Source: Eledone cirrhosa
Lineage: Eukaryota
Assembly (NCBI GenBank): GCA_964016885.1
Contig: OZ024742.1
Span: forward strand, 262,136,001 to 262,200,000
Direction of reading: 5' to 3'
Length of the DNA stretch: 64,000 bases
Shown here: positions 42,576 to 55,302 of the stretch, in pieces
Position numbering within the stretch: position 1 is the stretch's first letter
Layout: each line of letters starts with the position of its first letter
Translations under genes and position numbers: made by a program
Notes under the pieces: model-generated
Seen by the model: the letters and a program-made list of their open reading frames with translations, nothing else
Database searches by the model: none
What the model was told of the DNA's origin: nothing

Positions 42576-43147
42576 TGGAAAATAAATTTGATATGCAATA
42601 CAAAATAAATATTGGAAAGGGAAATACATATTTAAATAATATAAAAGAACACTAATCATACTAATGAAAATTTGTGCTTAAAACACAACTTACCCTTTAT
42701 TCAGGGTGTGAAAATCCAGTATCAATAAATCTCTTTAATCCACTTTTTAACAATTTTATACTTTATTGCATTTTTATAATTTTCTTTAGGTATTACTCTT
42801 TATTTTATAATTTTAATTTAACCTGAAACATATATAAAAAAATAATTTACCATAAGCAAATTAAATTTACATACAACGTAAAATCCAGCATACAAATAAT
42901 TCTAGTGAATAACTTAGAATTTTTACAAACCCAAACTTTTAACTGTTTAATAGCACTTTTTTAAAAATTTATTTGGGACCTAAGCAACACAAAAAAGTGA
43001 TTACAAGCCAGGAACAGAGAAAAATTTTTTTTTTGTTACGCAGTGTTATTAAGTGTTTATTTGGAATTTATAATTAGGTGAGTTTGACTCCAGTTGAATG
43101 TTATTGTTTACAGGTAATCAATTTAAGTACAGTATGTTAAAGATAGT

Positions 43148-43300
43148 GAAGGCAAATGGCTTAGTTCTTAAGGTGTTGGAATTACTATCATAATGCCATG
43201 CGTCTGATTCCTGAAGTGGATGGCACATTGTGTTCTTGAGCAAAATACTTCATTTTGCATTGCCCCAGTACACTCAGCTGAAAATAAGTACCAACAGTAA
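43148..43300 (+). mobile_element. Decayed tRNA-SINE head
   Basis: GAAGGCAAATGGCTTAG..TGTGTTCTTGAGCAAAATAC..CACTCAGCTG. Confidence 0.6.
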
Positions 43301-43689
43301 CTGGTATCCTCTACAGTCTTGTACTCTAGGTCACTTAATGCTGAGCAAACTGGTTAAGCATCAGTCTAATGGGCCTCCAGGCTGGAAAAAAATATAGATA
43401 ATTTATTGAATGATTCTTCAGAAGGTATGCAGGTTAAGATTAGACACATATTTTAGAGTTATTATTTATGTGTACATTTTTGTGTCCCTGGTTTTTATCT
43501 GGTCTTGGGTTACCTCTTTGTAAAAGCCAGTGAGTTCAATTGATGCTGATGATGATTCCAGATTTGTTTGTTAATATATGTTCTGTTTATTTCACTAAGT
43601 TATTTTATTTTAATTATTTTGTTGGGGTTTAGTTATTCCTTTTTTCTTACTTATGTTGCTGATTTTTTGTATCTAGAGAGGATTTAAAG

Positions 43690-44455
43690 TATTTTGTAGA
43701 AGCAGTTAAAGATCCAGTCTTGCCTAGAGTTTAGTATGTTCCTATGGGTCATGATCTTCTGCACTTCAATCAAGCATAGGTCACATTCCCTCTGTTCACC
43801 CTAGAAGTGTTTAGCAGATCGTATTATCAACCATGATATTTGATATTTCATGATTTTCTTCTCAAGTCTCATATTTTTCTCACCAGAGCAGTTGTTTTAT
43901 AAAAGTTTGCATTTTTGATTGAACACGTGTGGATGTGGAGCTGTTTTTTTAATTGGTTCACTTTTGCACCAATATAATTATATGTACCCATGATGGATGT
44001 TATCTTACATTCATATTCAATATTGTTGTACAAGCACTTGCCCCTTAGGGGACAGTTTTCCGGTTATCAGCAGTTGCAGTCCCTTATATCATGTTTGCTG
44101 CTAGATGGTGTTCCAGTATTAGGTGGGATCAGTATTAGTGGTTTTGTGATAGTTATTGTTGCTTGTGTTCCCCTACATCCTATAATTTCCCTGTTGAGGG
44201 GCATATTGGCATTCTGGCTCTGTTCTATCGAGTGATTGCTATTTTATCTGGTTGTTGTATTGTTGGGGAAACTATGTTTGTTATGCTTATTTAGTCCCCT
44301 GTGGTTTATATTTGCAGTACAGTTTTCTAGGTTTAGAGTTGTAGAGTCTGATAGTTTACTTGTATGATTATTAAGAATTTTATAGAATCTATGAGACAGT
44401 AGGACATTATTTTCAATTATTTTAAAGAAACCACTAATTTGCATACCAAGTGATT
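43690..44455 (-). mobile_element. Decayed PLE RT-tail/GIY-YIG fragment
   Basis: HRFYKILNNHTSKLS, CNC..NCPLRGKCL..IEYECKI..YNYIG on the minus strand; related to the 18835 element. Confidence 0.65.
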
Positions 44456-44580
44456 TTACAGTCGGCTTTGCCAAAAATTAAAAATCACTTGGTATGCAAG
44501 TTAGGCTAATCAGCCGATGTATACATTTGAGAATACTATGTATTCCCAGCAGTTCCAGTGGGTAGCAGCGGTGAGAATAC

Positions 44581-44625
44581 ACAGTCTCGATAAGGAGCAA
44601 CAACTTTGAAACAATTGTCGACTGT
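44581..44625 (+). ncRNA. Degenerate hammerhead (5' core mutated)
   Basis: ACAGTC-tcgataa-GGAG..CTTT-GAAA-CAATTG-TC^GACTGT; perfect stem I, core box 1 degraded. Confidence 0.5.
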
Positions 44626-44738
44626 TTTCTCTCAGGTACTGCTGGAACAAAAAGATGATGTGGTCATCTACAAAACACACATGGTGTTAATGAGACTGTT
44701 TGCTTGTAAACAAACTGAATATTAATAATATTACTATT

Positions 44739-44770
<32 letters not shown>

Positions 44771-44860
44771 CACTCACGAATACATTTAAAATATCCACCA
44801 TGCTAGAGCGAAAACAAATTTTGTTTTTAGATATGTATATATATATGTATATATATATAT

Positions 44861-46298
44861 AAGTAGTAACACAACAGTTAGTTCACCATACCGAGAAACC
44901 CAAGCTATACAAAACCATGGGCAAAAGGTGTAAGGGAGATAACTGCGAATATCTGAAAACCAATGTTCGAGGAGTTGATTAGAAAATTAGAATGTTGTTG
45001 TTATTCAATCCGGAGCTTTGTAGTTATGCAAGAGGTGTTTCCAGATATGTGGACAACGTGAGAAGATTTCATTTCTTGAATTTAGGCAATCGCTATTGCA
45101 TAATCTCCTTAGAATATTTATCCTTTCTTCAATACACAGTCCACAAGACAGATTGCCCCTTGCATATGGTTTGGACTTAGTGATAGCTTTCCATTGAATG
45201 GAGTAGTCTATACCTGAGTCTTTGAGGGTCCATATGTGGTTCGCGAGCTTCATGGATGATCGTATGTCCGGGTACCTAAAGGTCGACTGATGGTTCAGGA
45301 AGTGTTCCTTAAATTGGCCCTCTGCCATACCCACATAGGATTTGACCTCCTGTGGTTGATTTGGTCGGTTGGAAGTGACCACAGTTTTGTAAACTACAGC
45401 GGGTGTGTTGCATTACTGTTGAAGGGGACAAGCTTCAGGCTTTCGGCAAGAGCATCCAACATTTTTAGCCCTCTTAGATAGACACTTTCCCATAGGTCAC
45501 AAATACTGCTCCATCTTTAACAGACACAGAGTAAAACTAGGGTACTCCTGCGCTAAGAATATGAAGGCCCACATCACCAACAGTCCTAAGAGGGGCACCC
45601 CACCAGGACGCTCTTGCCGAAAGCCTGAAGCTTGTCCCTTTCAACAGCGATGCAACACACCGGTTGTAGTTTATGAAGCTGTGGTCACTACCAACTGACC
45701 AAATCAAGCACAGTAGGTCAAATCATACGTGGGTATGGTGGAGGACCGATTTAAGGAATGCTTCCTGAACCATCAGTCGACCTTTAGGTGAGTGGACAAA
45801 CGATCATCCACGAAGCTCATGAGCCATGTATGGTCCCTCAAAGACTCAGGTATAGACTACTCCATTCAATGGAAAGCTATCACTAAGTCCAAACCATATG
45901 CAAGGGGCAATCTGTCTTGTGGACTGTGTATTGAAGAAAGGATAAATATCCTAAGGAGATTGTGCAATAGCGATCGCCTAAATTCAAGAAATGACATCTT
46001 CTCACGTTGTCCACATGTCTGGAAACACCTCTTGCATAACTACAAAGCTCCGGATTGAATAACAACATTCTAATTTTCTAATCAACTCGAACATTGGTTT
46101 CCGGATATTCGCAGTTATCTCCCTTACAACTTTTGCCCATGGTTTTGTATCGCTTGGGTGAAGTGACCGTTTCTGCACATGCGTGTTCATACGATTGTTC
46201 TTCCTGTTCTGTATAACCAATACCAGTCCGAGCTGAAGATCCACATAAGGTGAAACAATTGTTCTCGGTATGGTGAAATAACTGTTGTGTTACTACTT
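44861..46298. mobile_element. PLE 3' end present as a ~600-bp inverted duplication (44861-45478 / 45586-46298)
   Basis: GIY-YIG ORFs 45005-45382 (-) and 45792-46058 (+) are near-identical (YVGM..FKE.F.NH, CGLCIEE, LNSRNEI..CPH). Confidence 0.9.
46228..46268 (+). ncRNA. Minimal type I hammerhead in the PLE pLTR
   Basis: CCGAG-CTGAAGA-tCC acataa GGt-GAAA-CAATTG-TT^CTCGG. Confidence 0.78.
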
Positions 46299-46359
46299 CT
46301 ACCAAACTCGTCCCATGAATTGAGTGCTCTACCACTACGGATATTACCTTCCAGTGTTC

Positions 46360-46397
<38 letters not shown>

Positions 46398-46402
46398 TCT
46401 CG

Positions 46403-46457
<55 letters not shown>

Positions 46458-46675
46458 CTTCGTTTTTTAATTTGTTTTGCAAGATTTCTTATCTGAAAAC
46501 GTGTGTTAAAACAGATATTGTTATACTTTGGGTGGGTCATGCTGTCAATAAAAACACACACACCTGTTGGTTTTTACTAAAATATATTATAAATTTCCAG
46601 TTGGTTGGTTGGTTCAATAACCAGATGGTTGTTTATATAGTCAAAGCTCTTTGATCACACATTCTATGACCTCAG
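46458..46675 (-). mobile_element. Solo decayed pLTR related to 15043-15310
   Basis: GATATTGTTATACTTTGGG..GGTTGGTTGGTT..ACCAGAT..ATAGTCA shared; HHR core eroded. Confidence 0.75.
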
Positions 46676-47388
46676 TTTTTATTTTGTGTATCTCCTTTGT
46701 TTTCTCCTACACCATCTAGTTTTTATCTGTTGTGTTGCAGCACACAACACACAAAAACAAGAAAATAATTTGTTTTATTTTATGTTGTGAGAACTAAGCA
46801 TCCTAATGCGCAGCATCAAGTCATTTTAGTGTATAGTTTAAGGGTTTTAGGTCAAGGTATACAGGAGAGAGTGGAGCAAGGCTTATTACGTAATGGGGTC
46901 GTAGTCGCTGTAGATAATAGTAGATATTGTTTAATGTCTATTCTTATACAGAAACTGCATAATTTGACAGCTGCAGCTTGAAAAAGTCCATCTCCCTCAT
47001 ACTTATATTTAGAGCGGGTTAGGTGTTGGAAAATATGGATGGTGTCTGAGGTATGGAGGATGTCTTAGTTCTAATATAGACATTTAATTCATGATTGGCT
47101 TCGTTTTGTTTATTGTTGGCTTTGTTTTCTGATTGTATTATTTCCATATTGGACATTCAATAATTACTTTGTTTTATCTATATCTATTCGGATTTATGTA
47201 TTTGACAGTCCTGCTTGCTTATTTGCATATACATAGATATATATTGACGCTTTTATAGTATTAGCTCTATTCCCGTTTGCTCACAGTTATTCACTCAAAG
47301 AGATATGGTATGAACTTTTATCAAGCAAAACCTATCTCAGGGTGCTAACAAAGTGTATATTCGTAATGTGGTGTTTGCACTTGTACAG

Positions 47389-47480
47389 CTGGATCCGGGT
47401 TTCTGCCAGTGCAGAAAATTATGATAAGTGCAATTTGAAACTTGCTGAAAACTGTGATACTGCGTTGGCTTCATCGGCAG
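47389..47480 (-). ncRNA. Hammerhead-like motif (CCGATGA core)
   Basis: Minus strand: CTG-CCGATGA-aGCCA...TGGCa-GAAA-CCCGGA-TC^CAG. Confidence 0.55.
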
Positions 47481-47779
47481 ACAATGAATTATGGGGAGAG
47501 AGAGCAGAACGTTCATTCTACCTTTGTGAATGTGAGAGACAAATTACAGCTATGACATCATTGTCTGCAGCAGGCAGTCACATCACGTGAGGGAGAACGG
47601 TCTCTCGTTCGCCATAGGATAGTGCTAAATGGCGGCAAAATTTGAAAATATATATATAATGTATATATATATAATATATGTGTATGTATATATAGAATAG
47701 TTGTTGGAGGGGAGTAGACTGGTTGGAACAATAACAGTCTTATTTACGCATATATATAGGACTCAAAGGTGCTGCAGGT

Positions 47780-48260
47780 ATAACACCTCTAACACCTGCT
47801 TCAAGAAAATACCATACTTCAGTGAAAAAATAATCACAGCTATCCACAGAGCTATCTGCAAGGAAAGACTGGACATACAATTAGCTTACTCCGGTCCTTC
47901 ATTGCGAGGACACCTATCTAAAAGGCGATCTAGAGACAACAACAACCAATGTATGCTGACTAACTGCTCTATCCGCTACACAGGTATATGTGCCAGTGGA
48001 CACATGTAGTATACTGGTTTTAATGCAACAAATGTAGAAGTTCTACATTTGTAGTATGACTCAACCACTTCACACCCGCATTAAAGAATACCTCACACAC
48101 ATGCATCCTCATTCAAAAAGCACATTGACAAATTCAAAAATATAACAGTCAATATTGAAGCCAGAGAGAGAAATGTGAGCAATTAAAGAATAAAGGAAGC
48201 CTTGCTTATATGTAGATTCAACCCACAAATCAATAACAGAATGGAACTCAGCACACAATA
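47780..48260 (+). mobile_element. Decayed PLE fragment (RT-endonuclease linker and GIY-YIG)
   Basis: KIPYFSE..AIHRAICKE.LDIQLA.SGPSLR..C...NC; same family as 60950-62060. Confidence 0.7.
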
Positions 48261-49056
48261 CTTGACATAAAACACGCTCATAAAACACATCCACATGCTC
48301 ATACACGCAACCTAAACACAACAATTTACACAAGAAATTTACTTAGACGAGATAATGCATTCAGCAATTGAGATCTTCCCCCTGCTTAATTCAGACGAGA
48401 AATTTCTGCAGGATCTTGATACCAGGAACTGTAAGCTTAAGTTGCTGCCTGCAAGTGGCAACATGAAATGGGAGATGCTGGATGGGAAAATAGTGCAGAA
48501 GTTGAATGTGCTCATAGGGAAGATCACTTGAGACCACAAATTAGCCATATTCAGAGACATAGTTTACTCAGTCTGCAAAGATACCCATGGAGTAATACAA
48601 TCCAAAACAAAAATACCACTTTGGAAATCCAGACGTCAGCTAGAGACCACTGAAGGGGCATCGTGTTTGTATTTTAACGCATGCCAAGGAAAATAACTCT
48701 GAGTGAGTCATAGGTGGCTTGTTGGCACTGGCAATACTGTTGATGTCTCACTGCTACCATGACTACCAACATTATTTTTCCAAACTCAAGAAAGCATTTA
48801 AATATAAGTTTGAAAGCAGAGGCAACAGAGAGAAGTTCCAGCTACATCCTATCAACAAAATTTCCATTCAGTTTAAATGTAGAACCCTCCGATATTCCAG
48901 TGACTAAATGTCAGCAGAAGGGAATCATGATCTGTATGCGGCCCAGCCCCCTTAGAGTGTAAGAAGCTAAGGGTTGAAACACTTGAAAGTGGTTTCTTCT
49001 CTGAAGTTCTTTTGATGTCCAGCTCTCCTGATAGTTTCCTATCACAATATATATAT

Positions 49057-49810
49057 ATACTATATATAGAGTTATAAACTCAAACAGTCTTTTACAATTA
49101 AATAGTTCAAAGAAAGATATTTCTGAGCCATGTAATACAAATGTATATATGATAAACACTAATACAAGTATATAAGTGTTTGTATTGCAAATGACCAAGT
49201 TAGCTAGATTGAAAAATACTAATTAAATTATACTAATTAATTAGTATTTTTCAATCTAGCTAACTTGGTCATTTGCAATACAAACACTTATATACTTGTA
49301 TTAGTGTTTATCATATATTCATTTGTATTACACGGCTCAGAAATATCTTTCTTTGAGCTATTTAATTGTAAAAGACTGTTTGAGTTTATAACTTTATATA
49401 TAGTATTCTCGGCTCCATATGTTGAGCTAAATTTTTTAGTCCCATAAAACCGGCTGCTATTTCTGGCGGCACGAGTATAGGACTGGCTAGACGCTGGGAA
49501 ACATGTGCGTTCAACAACACATTTTTCTCAGTCTTCCTAAGTATTTTGAAGTGAAACATACCAATTTCTGGATACCTGCAGATGAGCACAGAAATGGAAA
49601 TTTTCACTTATTGCGAAACAGATTTGAGTTTTGAAATTTATATTTGTCCAGGTATCACGGCTATTGCCAATATGGGTTTGCTTTTATTGATTTATTATTT
49701 TAAATCGAGACAGGCAAACTGTATTAATTAGTATTTTTCAATCTAGCTAACTTGGTCATTTGCAATACAAACACTTATATACTTGTATTAGTGTTTATCA
49801 TATATTCATT

Positions 49811-49815
<5 letters not shown>
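49057..49815 (+). mobile_element. Retrozyme-like non-coding element: 170-bp inverted arm + 487-bp monomer with HHR + 93-bp terminal direct repeat
   Basis: 49057-49226 is the reverse complement of 49237-49406; 49236-49328 is repeated at 49723-49815. Confidence 0.8.
49571..49656 (+). ncRNA. Type I hammerhead with CAGATGA core variant
   Basis: GATACCTG-CAGATGA-GCA..TGC-GAAA-CAGAT..ATTTG-TC^CAGGTATC; perfect 8-bp stem I. Confidence 0.78.
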
Positions 49816-49881
<66 letters not shown>

Positions 49882-49885
49882 ATAT

Positions 49886-50907
49886 ATAAAGAATTAGTAT
49901 ATCTACCAACATATATATATAGGTTTTGTCTTAGTAACTTTGTGGTTCAATGCAAGGGGATGCAGAACAATTATATGAAAGACGTAAAATAAGAAAATTA
50001 TAAAAATTAACTTACTTACTAAAATTTCACTCCAACTAATTAGTTTCTGAAAGGGAATAAACATGGTTTCCGAATGGAACCCATGGAGACAGCCTTTTGT
50101 CATCAGGAAGTCTATTCTCAGCTAATTTCCCAGGCGATGCGTGGACACAGGGAACTTATACAAAAATAATTCAGTGGATGGAAAAAGGCAAGCGTGGACT
50201 AAATTCCAAGAGATTGAAAAAATCACTGCCTACTTGGTCGGTGGCAAATTCAAAAGAATCAATCACGTGACATCGAGGTTAATCAGTGAGGAGTGGGGTG
50301 TTAAGAAGACAGTAGCCGAACTATTACTGTGAACTATAGTAGCAATTTTGGCAAATTTTTGCTCAACAAAATAATTTGGAGATAATTATAAAGAATTAGT
50401 ATATCTACCAACATATATATATACAGATGCATACCTATGCTAGCAAATATATAGGTTTTGTCTTAGTAACTTTGATATACTAATTCTTTATAATTATCTC
50501 CAAATTATTTTGTTGAGCAAAAATTTGCCAAAACTGCTACTATAGTTCATAGTAATAGTTCAGCTACTGTCTTCTTAACACCCTACTCCTCACTGATTAA
50601 CCTCGATGTCACGTGATTGATTCTTTTGAATTTGCCACCGACCAAGTAGGCAGTGATTTTTTTCAATGTCTTGGAATTTAGTCCACGCTTGCTTTTTTCC
50701 ATCCACTGAATTATTTTTGTATAAGTTGCCTGTGTCCACGCATCGCCTGGGAAATTAGCTGAGAATAGACTTCCTGATGACGAAAGGCTTTCTCCATGGG
50801 TTCCATTCGGAAACCATGTTTATTCCCTTTCAGAAACTAATTAGTTGGAATGAAATTTTAGTAAGTAAGTTAATTTTTATAATTTTCTTATTTTACGTCT
50901 TTCATAT
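49886..50907 (-). mobile_element. Second retrozyme-like element: ~530-bp monomer, terminal direct repeat, ~430-bp inverted arm; HHR cores at ~50054-50118 (-) and 50763-50825 (+)
   Basis: 49972-50406 is the reverse complement of 50474-50907; 49886-49942 repeats 50388-50474 with a ~30-nt gap; CTGATGA-CGAA..TTCG-GAAA-CCATG core. Confidence 0.78.
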
Positions 50908-50909
50908 AT

Positions 50910-51005
<96 letters not shown>

Positions 51006-51118
51006 ATGTATAAATATGTGTGTGTGTGTGTGTGCATTTGTTGCAGAAAGTTTCACAATTGGCCCTCTTCACTGTGATTAACTATATTTTTTAAACATCA
51101 ATCATTTTTTTGCTTCAG

Positions 51119-51185
51119 CCTGTAGATGCCAAAGGTCAGTTGGATTACCATTATGATGAATTTGGTTTCAAAGTGGAAGAAGAAG
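51119..51185 (+). CDS. SGSM3: Next SGSM3 coding exon (GC donor)
   Basis: ttttgcttcag/CCT...GAAG/gcaagt; PVDAKGQLDYHYDEFGFKVEEE is in frame with the previous exon and matches the SGSM3 YDEFGF motif. Confidence 0.82.
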
Positions 51186-53067
51186 GCAAGTACAATTTTT
51201 AACCCTTTCATTACTATATTTCTAAAAGACTCTACTAAAAGTGTACTGGCAATTCATGCGTTATGTTCAAAATTTCAGTACACTATTGGGTATCTGTTCT
51301 TCTCTAAGTTTAAATATTTCTCTTTTTTGGTTGTTATTTTTGCTGTGTAACAATCTGGGAAGAAAATAATTTTGAAAATAAGCAAGAATTTGGAGGTATT
51401 TAGTAATATAACTAACTTTCTCATCAGTAAGCTAGTGTTTGGATCATAGCTTAATAAAGGTTCTTGCATAAAATGATGATGGCAGGTTTTTAGATAAATA
51501 TAAACACTTTGACCCTTTCATTACTATATTTCTAATGAAAGACACTGCCTATGATTTTGAATGTAATCAAGAATTTGATGGATTTAATCATATTAATAAC
51601 ATTCTCATTGTTAACCTAGTGATTGGAACATAGCTTAATGAAGGTTCTTACATATACCATATATACTCATGTAAAAACAAATTTTTTAGACCATCTTTTA
51701 AGATTAAATTCATGGGGTCGACTGTTACATGGATACTGCTTTTGAGGGGCTTGCAATTCAAGCTAGAATCCAAAGTGCTGAATTAGTAGCAGAAACCCGA
51801 CTGATCTCCAAACAAATAAAAACAAAATATTACCGATTCTATGTATCCTAACACATGTCCTAGTAAATAACAAAAATCCATAAACAAGTGCTATATGGTA
51901 ACCGAGGTCAGTTGCACATTCAGTCTAATCCTGCATTAAAGCAGAAAGAATACAGGTACAAATTATGTTATGCCATGGGATAAGAGCAGAGCTGTAATAA
52001 AAAATAGATTAGTAGTATTTTATTAACAAAATTTTGTCAATGTGGAACTTGCGGTAATAATTTAACATTAATGCATTTTGGTTTAGCTGCTAGTATATTC
52101 AAGTTCAAGATCAGTTGCCATTTAGTGGAGTGCATTCACCACACTATTCCTATAAGGTAAACAGCATATCGTGTTCTGTATAGTTATTGTGCCCCACAGA
52201 AATGAAAAAAAAAGTTGCAGGATGACATTGCAATTACCAAAAAATGTCCATAATACGGTGTAGAGTTGTTAACCCAGAGATTAACTGAATGTTTCTAGGT
52301 TTACCGAAATCAAGCCATTGTACAAATTCAGACAGTGGTGTTCGCTAGTGTTCCCCAACAGTGCTGTCTGTGAAACATGTTTTTCCCTATGTAAAGGTGA
52401 TGAGACGAGCTCTGATACATGTGTTTATTGTGTTCAGCAATGAGTAAAATATAAAGGTTCCAGGCTTGTAGCACAACTTGTGCATAGATTTTAGAAATGG
52501 TGCTGTAACAGCCATCAACAGTTGTGTAGTACTTGGTATTATATGGTATTTTACTATAAGTACTGATTATTCCGCTATAAGCATTCCAGCTATAGAGCAG
52601 GCTACGGTAAGGTAGACACATGTCTTGGTAAATTTTTAGTTTCAGACATGTATTTGCAATAATATAAATGTGCCTAAAATTCATGATGGTTTTGTAACAG
52701 GATTATTTCTACGTACAGGATGATACCTTGACCCACAAGCATTGACTAGCTATCTGTGAAATACTAGGGTCGACTTTTATATGAAGGAGGCCTGAAAATT
52801 TTACTATGAGGGACTGATGAATGTAGAGAATGTATGGGAGGAAGAGAAATTTTCATCAGCTTACCCAAAGGAAGGACCAGCTATTGAAGTTGACAGTTTT
52901 AGGGAGAAAGAAGCAATCAAAGAGATGAAAAATGGTAAAGCTGTGAGACCATCAGAGATAGTTGCTGAGATGCTATAAACATCGGGAGAGGTAGGAGTTG
53001 AACTAGTGACTCGCATAGTCAATCAGGTAATACAAGACAGAGTCATACCCAATGACTGATTAGCGCA

Positions 53068-53900
53068 ACATCATCACCATCATCATCGTTTTACGTCCTT
53101 TTTTCCACACTTGCATGAGTTGAACGACACCTCTCCACTTGTCGTGTTCCTTCATCATCTCCTCTGAGAGTCTCAGTGATTTGAGGTCGCCTCAAATAAC
53201 CTCTGCCTAGGTCTTTCTTGGTCTATCTCTACTGCAGCAACCTTCCATTGGCATTTCCTGGCACTTCTCCACCCAACGATCATTGTCCATGCGCATCACA
53301 TATCCATACCAATACAGTCCTCCCTCTTGCACATCACCATGGATTCCTCTTAAGCCCAGCTTCTCCCTCAGCTCTTCCAAGCTCTGCCTTTCTCTCACAC
53401 TTATATTACACATGCTACAGTGCATTGTTGCTTCATTTTTCTCCAGTCTACACATGTCCTCTACACTCACAGTTCATGTTTCACTGCCACAAAGCATCAC
53501 ACTTCTCACACAGGCATCATACAGTCCTTTTTTATCTGGGGAGAAACCATTTGTGGTCAACAGTGGGAGTAGCTCTCTAAACGTTTTCCATCCTATCCTT
53601 ATTCTAGCTATTATGCTCTCAGAGTACCCTCCTCTGTTGCTAATTATGTTGCCCAGATAGCAGAAGCTATCAACCACTTCTATAATTCCTTCCTGTGACT
53701 GGAATAGGTTTACATTACTGGCTCTCTTCCCTCGGTTACCGTTGTGCATCTTCTACATACAAAGTATTCCCTTCTTGTCAGTCTACTCATTATCCAACTA
53801 CATCTCTTGTGTACCCAAGATTTACATTGTGTACATCATATGGAGTTTATGCCTACTCCCTTTCTACATATTATTTAGGGCCACTTCCCTGAAGGAATCA
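53068..53900 (-). mobile_element. 3' fragment of a related RTE inserted antisense into the previous copy
   Basis: ORFs 53207-53470 and 53474-53749; (CAT)n tail at ~53070; host frame resumes at ~53900. Confidence 0.8.
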
Positions 53901-55099
53901 GCAGTACAATCAAATCATAAATTGCTACAAGGGCAAAGGTGATGCCCTAGAGATGAGCAACTATAGAGGAATAAAACTAATGGACCAAGTTATGAAAGTG
54001 ATGGAAAGAGTTATAGTGCAGCTAATTAAGGAAATAATCAAATTAGATGAGATGCAGTTTCATGCAGTTTCATGCCTGGGAAAAGTACTACATATCCCTC
54101 TTCTTAGTGAGACACCTACAAGAGAAGTTGCTAGCCAAAAATAAGCCACTGTATTTAACTTTTTATTGATCTAGAAAAGGCCTTCGGAAGAGTACCTCGA
54201 TCTATTATATGGTGGTTCTTAAGGAAATTAAGCATAGCAGAATGGTTTGTGAGAGCAATGCAAGCCCTATACAGAGGAACTCAGTAAAGTGAGAGTAGGA
54301 AGTGAGTTTAGTGAGGAATTCAAGGTACAGAAGTCTTAGCTCACAGCTGTTCATCATAGTTGCCCAGGCCATAGCAGGAGTTTAAAACTGGCTATCCATA
54401 GGAACTTCTCTATGCAGATGATTAGGCCCTTATAGCTGAAACCATAAAATAACTAGAAAATGAGTTTGGAGTATGGAAACAGAATTTGAAATCAAAAGGT
54501 TTGAGAGTAACCTTAGCCAAAACTAAAGTGCTAGTAAGTAGGAAAGAAGATAGGAGCCTGATTCCTTCAGAAAAGTGTAGAAAAGGAGTAGGCATAAACT
54601 CCATACAATATACACAATGTTAATCTTGGGTACACAAGAGATGTAGTGGGATAACGAGTAGAATAGCAGGAAGGGAAGACTTTGTTTGTAGTAGATGCAC
54701 AGAGGTAACCGAGAGGAAAGGCATCAGTGATATAAACCATTTCAAGTCACAGGAAGGGTCCATAGAAGTGGTTAATAGCTTCTGTTATCTAGGTGACTTA
54801 ATCAGCAGCAGAAGAGGGTGTTCTGAGAGCTTAGTAGCTAGACTAAGGATAGGATAGAAAAAGTTTAGAGAGCTACTCCCACTGTTGACTACAAATGTTT
54901 TCTCCCTATGTACAAAAAGATGACTATATGACACTTGAGTGCGAAGTGCAATGTTGCATGGTAGTGAAACATGGGCTGTGACTGCAGAAAAAATGCGTAG
55001 ACTGGAGAGAAATAAAGCAGTCATGTTTCATTGGAATGTGCAATGTAAATGTGAGAGAAAGGCAGAGCTTGGGCGAGTTGAAGGAAAAACTGGGTTTAA

Positions 55100-55302
55100 C
55101 CCTTTGGCATCTACATTACTATTACATTTTCATGGTAAAGGCTTTATCTCACATAATGTGGCATCTACGAGATTTTGATGAAGTTATTATTTATTTTGAG
55201 AACAATACTTTAATGTCAGTATGAGTGGCCAGTTATGGTTAGTTTGAACAGAAAGAAGGGAGAGAATTCTGGTCGGATATGGCCAGTTTAAATGCTAAAA
55301 CG
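55100..55302. mobile_element. TTAA-flanked MITE inside the RTE
   Basis: TTAA CCCTTTGGCAT ... ATGCTAAAACG TTAA interrupts RTE ..CTGGGTTTAA|GAGGAATC (LGLRGI). Confidence 0.75.

Larger units (their letters stand above)
40998..43045 (-). mobile_element. Chapaev3-type DNA transposon, defective
   Basis: Termini CACCGTGTAACA / TGTTACGCAGTG flanked by TTA on both sides; transposase motifs RLFIDSS..LKAVLLH, IIGDFKM, CFLCLWDSR, PPLHIKLGLMKQFVKAL, SEEQGERIHQD. Confidence 0.8.

Noticed and set aside
48646-48718. Possible hammerhead CTGAAGG..GAAA..TA
   Set aside because: Core and stem I too degraded to list as a feature; mentioned only as a weak candidate.
52815-52821. CTGATGA motif
   Set aside because: Part of RTE coding sequence (EGLMNVEN); no hammerhead fold.
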